IMG/VR virus record: IMGVR_UViG_3300021437_000014
DNA from: an uncultured virus (IMG/VR IMGVR_UViG_3300021437_000014)
Lineage: Duplodnaviria > Heunggongvirae > Uroviricota > Caudoviricetes
Reading direction: 5' to 3' (one strand)
DNA: 64,000 nt
Shown: piece after piece, positions 9,315 through 18,081 of the stretch
How the letters are laid out: each line of letters opens with the position of its first letter
How positions within the stretch are numbered: position 1 is the first letter of the stretch
The notes under the pieces: generated by a model
What the model was told of the DNA's origin: nothing
What the model saw: the letters and a program-made list of their open reading frames with translations, nothing else
Database searches by the model: none
Translations under genes and position numbers: made by a program

Positions 9315-10706
9315 ATGGCAAAAATCACGTCAAAGACCTTGCTCAACGTCGGTACAGAGCTGGTTATTAACGAAGTGTCCCGCGAATTTGAACTCATTGC
9401 AACTGGCAACCTAGTTGCCAAGGATGGTGTAACAATTCAAGCACTGTACTCAAAGCTGGTTGACTTGTGGACAACCGCACCATATCAGGACAGCCCATTC
9501 CCCATTTATGCGCTGGACGCCAAGTCTGGTCAGTGGCAATTCGGCACGGATGGCCGTAAGTACAACTCGTGGAAACCAAAGAACGACACTACCCGCAACA
9601 TGCTCCGCGACGGCGGCTGGGAGGAGTGGAGTGCAACTGCACCTCTACCTGCATTTACCGATACCGGAACCCTGAACAGCGTGTACGTTGGTGCTGTTTC
9701 CCTGGGTGAAGTCAATAGTGGTGCTCAAGAGTATTATCAAAAGGTTGCTGGTGGCCCAGCCATAGACTTCACATTCACGGATGCAGCAAACCAAGGTATT
9801 CAGGTGTTTGGTGACGCCAACAACGGTGGATTCGATACACGCCTGTACTTGAAAGGCTACTTGCGTGAGTACGGCTACACCTATGACGACTCCACCCTGT
9901 CAGACACCGGTGAAACCGGCACCGGCGCATTCAAGGTTAACTTGTTGCTTGCAAACCAGCAGGACTTCAAGATCACTAACTTGCTTGGGTCAAACAAGAC
10001 GACTGCTGATGCTGCAATGGCAAACGCACCCTACAGCGGTATCACTGTAACGTATTACACCACAAACCAAAACCGTACAGTCGGGGCTGGTTCTTACCCA
10101 TTTCGCGTGATTATTGATGGTAACGGTGCCTCCGCAGAGCAAATCTACGCCAAGATTCAGTACATGCTGCGTAAGAATGCTGACATTGACAGCGGTACTG
10201 GAACTGTTATAGGCAAAACCGCAGGCCTGTTGCTGCGGTTTGAAGGTGAAACTTTGATCACAGCACAAGGTGTCTTTATTGACAACCTTGATGGAAATGA
10301 CTCTAACCGAGTAACATTCACTGACCAGAACAACGTTGGGCGTAGTTACCCCTACACCAGCGGCGGTTATATTACGGCTAACTCAACACTGGTTGGTGGT
10401 TATTACCGTATGTTCTATGCAACTGCACCAGGCCTTACTAACGACTTCGGTGAATCCGGCGCGATTACTGTAGAAGACTCGCTTGGAAACCCCATCCAAG
10501 GAACCTTGACCACCGCTTCCACTTCATTCACTTTTGCCTATGATAGCAACACCCAAGGTGGTCGCACACCAGGTACTGATGCAGAAGTCATCGTGATTGC
10601 TGGACGGCCTGGGTTTGCAAAACCTGTGTTGTTTGGCGGTACAATCAGCCGCGCAAAAGGAATCTCAATCGCGCTGATTGCGGAGACAGACCGCGCATAC
10701 CAATAA
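9315..10706 (+). CDS. Putative virion structural protein
   Basis: 463 aa, GGAG RBS, G/T-rich; motifs QALYSKLVDLW and TRNMLRDGGW. Confidence 0.6.
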   Translation: MAKITSKTLLNVGTELVINEVSREFELIATGNLVAKDGVTIQALYSKLVDLWTTAPYQDSPFPIYALDAKSGQWQFGTDGRKYNSWKPKNDTTRNMLRDGGWEEWSATAPLPAFTDTGTLNSVYVGAVSLGEVNSGAQEYYQKVAGGPAIDFTFTDAANQGIQVFGDANNGGFDTRLYLKGYLREYGYTYDDSTLSDTGETGTGAFKVNLLLANQQDFKITNLLGSNKTTADAAMANAPYSGITVTYYTTNQNRTVGAGSYPFRVIIDGNGASAEQIYAKIQYMLRKNADIDSGTGTVIGKTAGLLLRFEGETLITAQGVFIDNLDGNDSNRVTFTDQNNVGRSYPYTSGGYITANSTLVGGYYRMFYATAPGLTNDFGESGAITVEDSLGNPIQGTLTTASTSFTFAYDSNTQGGRTPGTDAEVIVIAGRPGFAKPVLFGGTISRAKGISIALIAETDRAYQ

Positions 10707-10715
10707 GGACTGACT

Positions 10716-11297
10716 ATGGCACTGACTTTCGACGGTGCCGCCAAGCTAATCATCTTGGACGGCAGGGATACCCTGAGCGTCCGAGATGCTTGGAGCGAAT
10801 GGGTACGTTGGCACGCCTTGAGTGACAACAGCAAGTACCTGCTGGCGTTCAGACTGCTAGGCGGGGATATTATTGACCCAGTGCAGGGCACTTCTGTGCC
10901 CTTTTACGCTTACCTGCAAAATGGCTGGCGTATCCGACCACGTGAAGAAGACCACAACCTAAACGTCACCGAAGGCGTTCTGCTAGTAGAAGGTGGTGGA
11001 AATCCATTTCTACCTACACTCGGTGGTTTCACTGTTCAACTTAGCTATCAGCAACCATTGCAGGTAATGATAGTTGACAAGGGTTCAGCTACCGTACCGA
11101 CAGCACAAGACATAGCTTTAGCAGTTCGTACAGAGTTGCTTGCTGAACTAGCAACATTGACTAAGGTTGGACTTATTCACGGTGTAGGTGCTGATCTTGT
11201 GGTATCTGCGACAAGCAGAGTTGCAGGCAGTGTAACTCAAACAATCTCTACGATAGGGACTGGTACTTCAGCCGTCACTACAGTATCTGCGGTGTAA
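10716..11297 (+). CDS. Putative virion structural protein
   Basis: AAGGA RBS; motifs WSEWVRW and NGWRIRP. Confidence 0.6.
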   Translation: MALTFDGAAKLIILDGRDTLSVRDAWSEWVRWHALSDNSKYLLAFRLLGGDIIDPVQGTSVPFYAYLQNGWRIRPREEDHNLNVTEGVLLVEGGGNPFLPTLGGFTVQLSYQQPLQVMIVDKGSATVPTAQDIALAVRTELLAELATLTKVGLIHGVGADLVVSATSRVAGSVTQTISTIGTGTSAVTTVSAV

Positions 11298-11827
11298 TGT
11301 TACAGCTTACCACACAAGCTCTAGTCACTGGCATAGGAACCCTTGCAATTGCATTGCAAGGGTTTTTACCTATGTCTGAAGCTGAAGTTTCTGTGCAAGA
11401 GGATTTATGTGGGCCTCAGACAATCGCTGTACAAGGTGTAGGTTATTGTCCGTCTACGTTAGCTGTTCAAGGCCTTGTCTGTCTTTGTGAAGCAGAAGTT
11501 GTAGCTCCAGCAGGCACATATCCATTAAATCCATTCTTCAGAAAAGAACTCAGTGACCCGATCAGGCCACTGAAATGGACACTTGACACAGACACGCTGC
11601 AGATAGAGTCTTACCTGCTGCAGCCGAAGGCGTCCAGCAGTGTCCAACTTGCAAATGATAGCCTCACGGCCAAAACAGCGGAAGTTCAAGTACGGGCTGC
11701 AGCCTTCACCCCACTGTCACCAGCAGAACTTGAGTTGCTGTCTGCTAAGATCGAAGCAACTGGAAAGACCGACCTGTCAGACGAGGAACTTGCGGCGATG
11801 CTGCTGGAGCTACTGAATGAAAATTGA
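11297..11827 (+). CDS. Hypothetical protein with short internal repeats
   Basis: TAATG coupling; repeats of AxQG; acidic C-terminus DEELAAMLL. Confidence 0.55.
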   Translation: MLQLTTQALVTGIGTLAIALQGFLPMSEAEVSVQEDLCGPQTIAVQGVGYCPSTLAVQGLVCLCEAEVVAPAGTYPLNPFFRKELSDPIRPLKWTLDTDTLQIESYLLQPKASSSVQLANDSLTAKTAEVQVRAAAFTPLSPAELELLSAKIEATGKTDLSDEELAAMLLELLNEN

Positions 11828-13301
11828 ACAAACACAACTCTGGCTTGGTACACAAGCTACATATGAGTCTGCAGTAGAGGCTCGTACTTTAATGCTAGCC
11901 GATAGCAAGTTTCAGGCTGCTGGTAATTACTCCGAAGACGTTATGCGTCAAATTCTTGATATTCAAGATGGAGTAGCCGCTATCCGAATCAATGGAAGTC
12001 TTATCAACGGTACAGCAGGCTATGGCATCTATTACGGAGTCACCGGATACGACGATATTCGCAATGCACTTGCGCTCGCGGTGTCAAATCCAAACGTCAG
12101 TGCAATTTTGCTTGATGTAAGTTCTGGTGGTGGTCACGTAGCTGGTGTTCATGAGACTGCACAGTTAATTGCACGTGTTAATAAAGTGAAGCCTGTTGTA
12201 ACCTACACTGGCTCAGTGATGGGAAGTGCTGCAGTTTGGACTGGAATTTCAGGTTCTTACGTGTTTACATCTGAGACAGCAATTGTAGGGTCTATTGGTA
12301 TCATTATGGTTCACATGGAGCGTAGTAAACAACTTGCTGACATGGGTATCAAAGCCACTGTGATTCGTGCGGGTGCAGAGAAAGCACTTGCTTCCCCATA
12401 CGAACCTCTATCAGATAAAGCCAAGTCTAATATGGAAGCACAAGCTGCGGAGCTGTATGATGTGTTTATCAAGCACGTTGCAGAGTCTCGCGGAGTCTCT
12501 GTGACGATGGCTGACGCCAAGTTTGGTCAAGGTAAAGAGTTCCTCGGAAAAGCTGCAGTGGCTGCAGGACTTGTGGACAAGGTTGGAACTTATGAAGATG
12601 CATTTGCCAAGGCTGCAAAACTTGGTGCAGAAGCGAAGCCAGCAAAACGCCCTGGGCCTCGTGCAGAGACTCCCAATTCATTGAATGTTCAAGCATCGTC
12701 CGGCACACCTGTGGTTTCTGACGTACATAATCAGGCAACTGCATCGAAAGACGCAGAAAACCCACAAGGAACAGACATGCTAAAACCCCTGACTCAAGAG
12801 CAACTGGCTGCAATGGCTGCTGGTGTTATGCTTGAACCTGAAGCCACGAATGCCTCCTCAGAACAACCCGAGCAGCCTGAAGCAGGCGAGCCTGCCGCTG
12901 ACAAACCAACTGCTGATACCAATCCTGCGGCACCAGAAGCCAGCGCTTCTGCGGACACTACTTCTGTTTTGCTTGACAAGTTGTTGGCAGCTTCTGCTGA
13001 AGTCTCCAGCTTGAAGGCTGAGTTGGCTGAAAAAGAAGTCAATGCCGAGTACTTGGCTGCATTTACTGAAATTGCACGAGCATCCGTGAAGACTATGGGT
13101 CTACATTTCGGTGTAAAGGCTGACGCAGTTGCCGCTATGCAACCTGCAGAAGTACTGGCAGAGCACAGCCGCTTGGCGGCACTGTTCAAAGAAAAGTTCA
13201 AGGTGGGTGGAGTCGCTGCCTCCACACCTGAAGAGACACAAAAGCCAAAAGCGATTGTGAATCCCATGTTCGCAGCAGTTCTCAGGTCCACCGCCAAATA
13301 A
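11817..13301 (+). CDS. Prohead protease (S49/SppA family) with C-terminal scaffold
   Basis: LLDVSSGGG, MGSAAVW (catalytic Ser), VGSIGII, RAGAEKA (Lys); precedes decoration and capsid genes. Confidence 0.9.
   Translation: MKIEQTQLWLGTQATYESAVEARTLMLADSKFQAAGNYSEDVMRQILDIQDGVAAIRINGSLINGTAGYGIYYGVTGYDDIRNALALAVSNPNVSAILLDVSSGGGHVAGVHETAQLIARVNKVKPVVTYTGSVMGSAAVWTGISGSYVFTSETAIVGSIGIIMVHMERSKQLADMGIKATVIRAGAEKALASPYEPLSDKAKSNMEAQAAELYDVFIKHVAESRGVSVTMADAKFGQGKEFLGKAAVAAGLVDKVGTYEDAFAKAAKLGAEAKPAKRPGPRAETPNSLNVQASSGTPVVSDVHNQATASKDAENPQGTDMLKPLTQEQLAAMAAGVMLEPEATNASSEQPEQPEAGEPAADKPTADTNPAAPEASASADTTSVLLDKLLAASAEVSSLKAELAEKEVNAEYLAAFTEIARASVKTMGLHFGVKADAVAAMQPAEVLAEHSRLAALFKEKFKVGGVAASTPEETQKPKAIVNPMFAAVLRSTAK
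12777..13301 (+). CDS. Nested in-frame scaffold protein
   Basis: AAGGA at 12766-12770, in-frame ATG at 12777, CATAAT at 12726-12731; parallels lambda C/Nu3. Confidence 0.6.
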   Translation: MLKPLTQEQLAAMAAGVMLEPEATNASSEQPEQPEAGEPAADKPTADTNPAAPEASASADTTSVLLDKLLAASAEVSSLKAELAEKEVNAEYLAAFTEIARASVKTMGLHFGVKADAVAAMQPAEVLAEHSRLAALFKEKFKVGGVAASTPEETQKPKAIVNPMFAAVLRSTAK

Positions 13302-13313
13302 GGAGCATCCAAA

Positions 13314-13790
13314 ATGGCAGCTAATCATTTCATTGTCCCCACCTTGCCACTGGGCAAGACCACTGCAGTGCGACTCGGCGCTGGCAATGCAGTCGGTGAT
13401 CGTTATAGCGACGTTGACGAAGGCAAGATTGTCAAGTTGGTGGGCGAGTCACGATACGACTTGGCTACTGTAGGCAACCCCATTGAAGCCTTGGTTGTCA
13501 GCGTCGAAAGCGCAACTTCCAACGGTTATTCTGTGGGCTCGATTGTTGCTGACGGCAAGGTGTTTGCAACCGCAGATGGTCTGCAGGCAACCCCCGGTGT
13601 AGGTTCTATCGCTGTGGGTGACTATGTGGTTGCCGGTAGCGTGACCGCCAAGGGCACCGCACTGACTGCTTACCCCAAGGTTTGCAAAGCTACCTCCCAG
13701 ACTTACGGCGCATTCGCATGGCGAGTGGTCAGCTTGGGTCAAGCCGGTACCGGCGCTGTCGGTACTACCATCGTGATCGAAGAACTGTAA
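13314..13790 (+). CDS. Head decoration (capsid cement) protein
   Basis: 158 aa, G/A/V-rich, between protease and capsid; AAGGAG RBS. Confidence 0.65.
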   Translation: MAANHFIVPTLPLGKTTAVRLGAGNAVGDRYSDVDEGKIVKLVGESRYDLATVGNPIEALVVSVESATSNGYSVGSIVADGKVFATADGLQATPGVGSIAVGDYVVAGSVTAKGTALTAYPKVCKATSQTYGAFAWRVVSLGQAGTGAVGTTIVIEEL

Positions 13791-13803
13791 TAGGAGCCTA
13801 ATC

Positions 13804-15027
13804 ATGGCATTTTTCATTGACAACTCCGGCAACGCTCAACACGTTGAGATTGGCCCCGAAATCCACAAAGCAGCTCTTGACGCTGGTATGCCTGTTTCGA
13901 CATACCTGAACCGTCAGTATGCCAACGCTGATACCAAGCATGGCTCTGCTTTCAAGCAACTGTGCGCTTCTGAAGGCTTGGTGCTGCCTGGTGCCAACGA
14001 CTTCGGTATCCGTGCCGCTACGATGGCTGACATTCTGGACGGCAAGGCTGGTATGATGGCTGCTGGCGTGACCAACTCCAATACCAAAGGTAGCCCATTC
14101 GGTTCCGCTGCCCGAAGCTTGGCTCCTGTGGCTTTGATCGACATGGTTGAAGACTTGATTGCAAAAGATCGGGTTACCGATGAGGTTACGTTCAACCAGA
14201 TGGTGTCGCAAGTCATCTCGATTGACGGTGACAACTTCATTCAGCCGGTTATTTCTTATCAAACAGTTGGTGGCCCTGAGCAGGCAAAAGCACAACGTAC
14301 AACTGAGTTCTCTGAGCCTGGTTCGATGTTGCGTTTGAGTACTGCAGAGCGCATCCGTTCGCTGCCCACCTTCAGCATGGGTATCGAATTCAGCGACAAA
14401 GCCCAACGGTCTTTGACCATTGACACGGTAGCAATGTCTATCGCTCGTTATGTGGAAGTTGAACGCGACCAGCGCGTGTACACCTACCTGAGCGCTTTGT
14501 TTAGCGGTGACAATGACTTGGTGGTTGGCGCAATTCCTGCTGTGACTTCTACGTCCTTGGACTCCGCTGCCACTGGTGGAGTGCTGACCCATAAAGCTTG
14601 GGTGAAGTTCCTGGCTCGCAACCGCAAGTACCGTGGCATCACCCACGTGGCTATGGACATTGACACTTACTTGAAGGTCGAAGGTCGCACTGGTCGCCCA
14701 GGCTCCAACAACTACGACCCAACCCTGTCTCGTATTGACCCACAGGCTGTTGCAGCCAATATGGCTCAAATCGGCTTTGGCAACAATGTGAAGTTCATGA
14801 TTGTTGACTCTGCTGCAGACGGTGGCCCAATTCCTGCCAGTACTGTGTGGGCCTTAGACGCTAGCAAGGCAGTTACCAAGGTGACCAATACCTCAGCAGC
14901 ATACAGCGCTACTGAAGCATTCGCTCTCCGTCGAAGCACTGCAATGCGTTGGGATTGGTCGGAGGCTGTCTACCGTAGGACTGGTGATACAGACCTGCGT
15001 GCATTTGATGTACTGACTATTGCCTAA
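13804..15027 (+). CDS. Major capsid protein
   Basis: 407 aa, AGGAG RBS, high-expression codon bias, followed by a terminator. Confidence 0.85.
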   Translation: MAFFIDNSGNAQHVEIGPEIHKAALDAGMPVSTYLNRQYANADTKHGSAFKQLCASEGLVLPGANDFGIRAATMADILDGKAGMMAAGVTNSNTKGSPFGSAARSLAPVALIDMVEDLIAKDRVTDEVTFNQMVSQVISIDGDNFIQPVISYQTVGGPEQAKAQRTTEFSEPGSMLRLSTAERIRSLPTFSMGIEFSDKAQRSLTIDTVAMSIARYVEVERDQRVYTYLSALFSGDNDLVVGAIPAVTSTSLDSAATGGVLTHKAWVKFLARNRKYRGITHVAMDIDTYLKVEGRTGRPGSNNYDPTLSRIDPQAVAANMAQIGFGNNVKFMIVDSAADGGPIPASTVWALDASKAVTKVTNTSAAYSATEAFALRRSTAMRWDWSEAVYRRTGDTDLRAFDVLTIA

Positions 15028-15043
15028 TCAAGGCTTAGCAAAT

Positions 15044-15075
15044 AGAAAAGGGGCCTAGGCCCCTTTTCTTCTTTT
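15044..15075 (+). terminator. Intrinsic terminator, probably bidirectional
   Basis: AGAAAAGGGGCC-TA-GGCCCCTTTTCT followed by T-tract. Confidence 0.85.
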
Positions 15076-15086
15076 AAGGACTTAAC

Positions 15087-15293
15087 ATGCAAGTAATTGA
15101 CAAAACAGGCTCTGTATACCTTTGCACCAGTGTGTATCCTATACATGACCCTATTTCAGGTCACGTTTACCAACCTGGCTCACTTGTGAAGGTTGACAGT
15201 AATCCTTGGATAGCTGGACAGGTTACGCTGGTAAAGCAGGAAGAGCAGAAGACAGCACAACAGTCAGAAAGTACTCCGAAGAAAGTCAAGTGA
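15087..15293 (+). CDS. Small hypothetical head-associated protein
   Basis: AAGGA RBS; 68 aa after the capsid gene. Confidence 0.6.
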   Translation: MQVIDKTGSVYLCTSVYPIHDPISGHVYQPGSLVKVDSNPWIAGQVTLVKQEEQKTAQQSESTPKKVK

Positions 15294-15600
15294 GGTTTTT
15301 GACAAGCTCTATCGCGGCTTCAATCGAAAGTTCGACAGACTTGTTGCATGTTGACCTATGCACAGGCTTCAGATTTTCAGGGCTGTCTAGGTAGTCAGGT
15401 GTCAGCCTCAATAACTTAACACCGTAGTTGAAGCCTATTACATGCGCAGCCTGAATTGGGTTTTCAGGTGTGCCAGGTAAACCACAAATACAACAGTTCT
15501 GCGACCTATCGAACTTTGTGAACCTAACAGGCATACGCCGTAGGTATGTCTGATGTTCGGCTTCTGTCAAGAAAACTCTACCGTCAAAGTCTAGATTCAT
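15286..15600 (-). CDS. HNH-type endonuclease
   Basis: CCICG...AAHVI...ENLKPVH...CNK pattern; 4-nt overlap with RHH gene. Confidence 0.65.
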   Translation of the reverse strand: MNLDFDGRVFLTEAEHQTYLRRMPVRFTKFDRSQNCCICGLPGTPENPIQAAHVIGFNYGVKLLRLTPDYLDSPENLKPVHRSTCNKSVELSIEAAIELVKNLT

Positions 15601-15752
15601 ACCCCACCCTTCTGCTTCTCAGCCAAATACTGCTTGAGCGCAAGCAGTAACACAGTGCTTATTGGACGAGAATCTCTTTCAGCCTCAGCCAGAAGCTGGG
15701 CGTGAAGTTCAAGAGGGATTCGGACGGAGATGGGGCGGTAGGTAGTTTTCAT
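15597..15752 (-). CDS. Ribbon-helix-helix (Arc/CopG-like) DNA-binding protein
   Basis: MKTTYRPISVRIPLELHAQLLAEAERDSRPISTVLLLALKQYL; start moved to ATG 15752. Confidence 0.8.
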   Translation of the reverse strand: MKTTYRPISVRIPLELHAQLLAEAERDSRPISTVLLLALKQYLAEKQKGGV

Positions 15753-15779
15753 ACAGGTAGTATAGCATGAAAAACTACC
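15741..15779 (-). promoter_or_regulatory. Extended -10 promoter (leaderless) inside an operator-like inverted repeat
   Basis: TGcTATACT 6 nt before ATG; GGTAGTTTT (15741-49) and AAAACTACC (15771-79). Confidence 0.6.
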
Positions 15780-15841
15780 ACTCCCCAAAAAATAAAAAGG
15801 CTCAGCTAACCCCAAGCCCACCGCAGCCATAATCCCTCCCT

Positions 15842-16336
15842 ATGGCCCTTTCAGACTACACCACCCCTCAAGAAATCCGTGCTGTTCTCGGTGTCAGCTC
15901 CACAGAACTGACAGACGAAACACTTGCCCTCAGTATGTACGGGACCTTAGCTACACTGGGTCTGGAGGACATTCACAAGAACCTGCCAACTGAGTTTTCC
16001 ACTGTCTCAGCCCTGCCGGTCAAGACGAGTCAGCAACAGCGGTTTGTAGACCTTGTGAAGCTCTATGTTCCATATAAAATCGCAAAAGAGCTTCTCACGT
16101 CACTCCCACTGTTTGCTGTCAAACAACTGTCTGACGGTAGGGCTGAGTTTCAGCGGCAAGCTGACGTATTCAACGACTTGAGAGATGGGGTGGATGCGGC
16201 CCTCAACAGCCTGAAATTCAGACTGTCGGCTACCTATGCTTCGATGTATCCGGCAGTTATAGTCAACACACCAACAGCAACGTTTAGCTCAGTCCGTGCG
16301 GCAGGACTTGCAGTAAACCCTATCACTGGTGTATGA
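15842..16336 (+). CDS. Head-tail adaptor/connector
   Basis: N-terminal YTTxxEIRAVLGV pattern; position after capsid. Confidence 0.65.
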   Translation: MALSDYTTPQEIRAVLGVSSTELTDETLALSMYGTLATLGLEDIHKNLPTEFSTVSALPVKTSQQQRFVDLVKLYVPYKIAKELLTSLPLFAVKQLSDGRAEFQRQADVFNDLRDGVDAALNSLKFRLSATYASMYPAVIVNTPTATFSSVRAAGLAVNPITGV

Positions 16337-16337
16337 G

Positions 16338-17165
16338 ATGCCTGAACTGTTCGACGTAGCCAACCACTTTGATGACATAAGCATAAATGATGCTTATGCA
16401 GCTACGTTTGTATTTAAAGGTCAGTTTTCAAGTTTTGAAGAGTCAAGTCCTGATGGCAGCGTAGCCAAAAAGCGAACGCTATCAGTGAAGCCTGGCACAG
16501 TTATTCCGGCTCGTAGAGCTATCAGCTTCTTTGATGAGACCTGGATTGTTGGTGATGGAAACACCGACGGCATATTTAACAGGTCGATCAGAACAGCCTA
16601 CTGGATGAAAAAGTCTGTAGGTCTGCTTGAATTGCTGACTCCTAGTCAGTTATTGACTTCTGCAGTTGGGTTGCAGTTACACGCAGCAGTAGAGTATCTT
16701 AAAGACACAGTAAATACCGTGTCAGATACAGAATATGACCCATTCTGGGATGTATTTGTAGCTATCAACGAACCCATTGTGGCAGGAAAATTCATTCGCA
16801 GAGGAACTGACCTTTACCGCATCCGAGGGTTTCACCGAGAGTCTGGAGGGTTCATCCTGGCTCAGTGCGACCAGCTCGATATGCAGTCAACACCTGTGGC
16901 ATTCCAGGCGGCGTCAAGCTATGACCCCATCACAGACAGATACACCGGCACGGTCACAACCTTGCCAGCGGTCACACTTGAGCCTAGCAAGTTCTACAGG
17001 TATCACACACAGACCGACCCTAAATTCAATGCCGGTGATCAGACTCTTGTAACGACGCAAAGCATTGAAATTGGCACAGAGGTTTTATTCGACTCCGTGA
17101 TGTGGCGTGTGCTGGGTCACCAGCAGGAACATGACGCCTGGGCTCATCATATTCGGAGGTCATGA
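16338..17165 (+). CDS. Head-closure or head-tail joining protein
   Basis: Synteny; YDPITD motif; beta-rich. Confidence 0.5.
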   Translation: MPELFDVANHFDDISINDAYAATFVFKGQFSSFEESSPDGSVAKKRTLSVKPGTVIPARRAISFFDETWIVGDGNTDGIFNRSIRTAYWMKKSVGLLELLTPSQLLTSAVGLQLHAAVEYLKDTVNTVSDTEYDPFWDVFVAINEPIVAGKFIRRGTDLYRIRGFHRESGGFILAQCDQLDMQSTPVAFQAASSYDPITDRYTGTVTTLPAVTLEPSKFYRYHTQTDPKFNAGDQTLVTTQSIEIGTEVLFDSVMWRVLGHQQEHDAWAHHIRRS

Positions 17166-17647
17166 TGGGGCTTATAGGTGCGAAGAATATCAATGCCTTT
17201 TCTGCAAAAACAGAAGGACAGAGACGACTTGTAAAGAAAAAAGCAGTAGACTTTATTCGTTATAAGGTACGTCAAGTACTGAAGTCTGCGACACTTACAT
17301 CTCCTATGTGGTCTGGTAATTACGCCTATAACTGGCAGGTAGAAACCAGCACATCAGGACGTACCTCGTACTTGACAGACTACAAGGTCGAACCTTGGCA
17401 GAACCTTGCAAAACCTTGGAGAGTCCGTGAGCAGGGTGACCCAGAAATAGTAAAGAAGAACTGGGAAGTTGTCAATGCCAAGCGACTTGGAAAGATACAG
17501 TGGAACACTAAGATTCGACTCGTCAACCACGCACCTGTGGCTGATATGATAGAAGCTGGTACCGTAAAGTTACGTAAGGTAAATGTAATCCCAGGTAACT
17601 CTGGTGTTATAGCATACCTTCAGTCAAAGTATTCTTTCATAAGGTGA
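17162..17647 (+). CDS. Tail completion/neck protein (HK97 gp10-like)
   Basis: SPMWSGNYAYNW and NHAPVADMIE motifs; synteny. Confidence 0.6.
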   Translation: MMGLIGAKNINAFSAKTEGQRRLVKKKAVDFIRYKVRQVLKSATLTSPMWSGNYAYNWQVETSTSGRTSYLTDYKVEPWQNLAKPWRVREQGDPEIVKKNWEVVNAKRLGKIQWNTKIRLVNHAPVADMIEAGTVKLRKVNVIPGNSGVIAYLQSKYSFIR

Positions 17648-17651
17648 CAAT

Positions 17652-18068
17652 ATGAGCATAGAGAATATAAGAGTAGATGTTGTCACTAAGGTTGAACAAC
17701 TGAAAGCTTCTTTCGCAGGTGGTTACTCGCTGGTTATTGAGTACGACAATAGAGATGTGGTTGACTACACAACTCAGCGTGACCCATACCTTCAGGTGTC
17801 AGTTGACGTGATGGAAGCTGAACAGGCTTCACTTACACAGCACTCTGATCATAGGTTTCGTGGTGTGATCACATTGCTTGCCTGTGTTCCTGAAGGTAGT
17901 GGAAAGTCAAAGGCCAATAAGCTTTTAGAGCACTTCTATAAAGGTCTTCACAGGAATTCATTTGGTAAGGTACGCACGTTTATGTCCACACCTGGTGGAG
18001 ACAAGACCCACCTCGGTTGGGTTTACGTAGCGATGCTTGTACCGTTTTGGTCAGATCAACCAGCGTAA
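17652..18068 (+). CDS. Tail terminator protein
   Basis: 138 aa directly before tail tube; YDN...PYL...VPEGSG...GW...VPF. Confidence 0.6.
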   Translation: MSIENIRVDVVTKVEQLKASFAGGYSLVIEYDNRDVVDYTTQRDPYLQVSVDVMEAEQASLTQHSDHRFRGVITLLACVPEGSGKSKANKLLEHFYKGLHRNSFGKVRTFMSTPGGDKTHLGWVYVAMLVPFWSDQPA

Positions 18069-18081
18069 CTAGGAATATAAA

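Noticed and set aside
13485..13507. Partial match of the TnpB guide to the decoration gene (AAGCCTTGGTTGTCAGCGTCGA)
   Set aside because: Needs two gaps, one in the seed; plausible by chance
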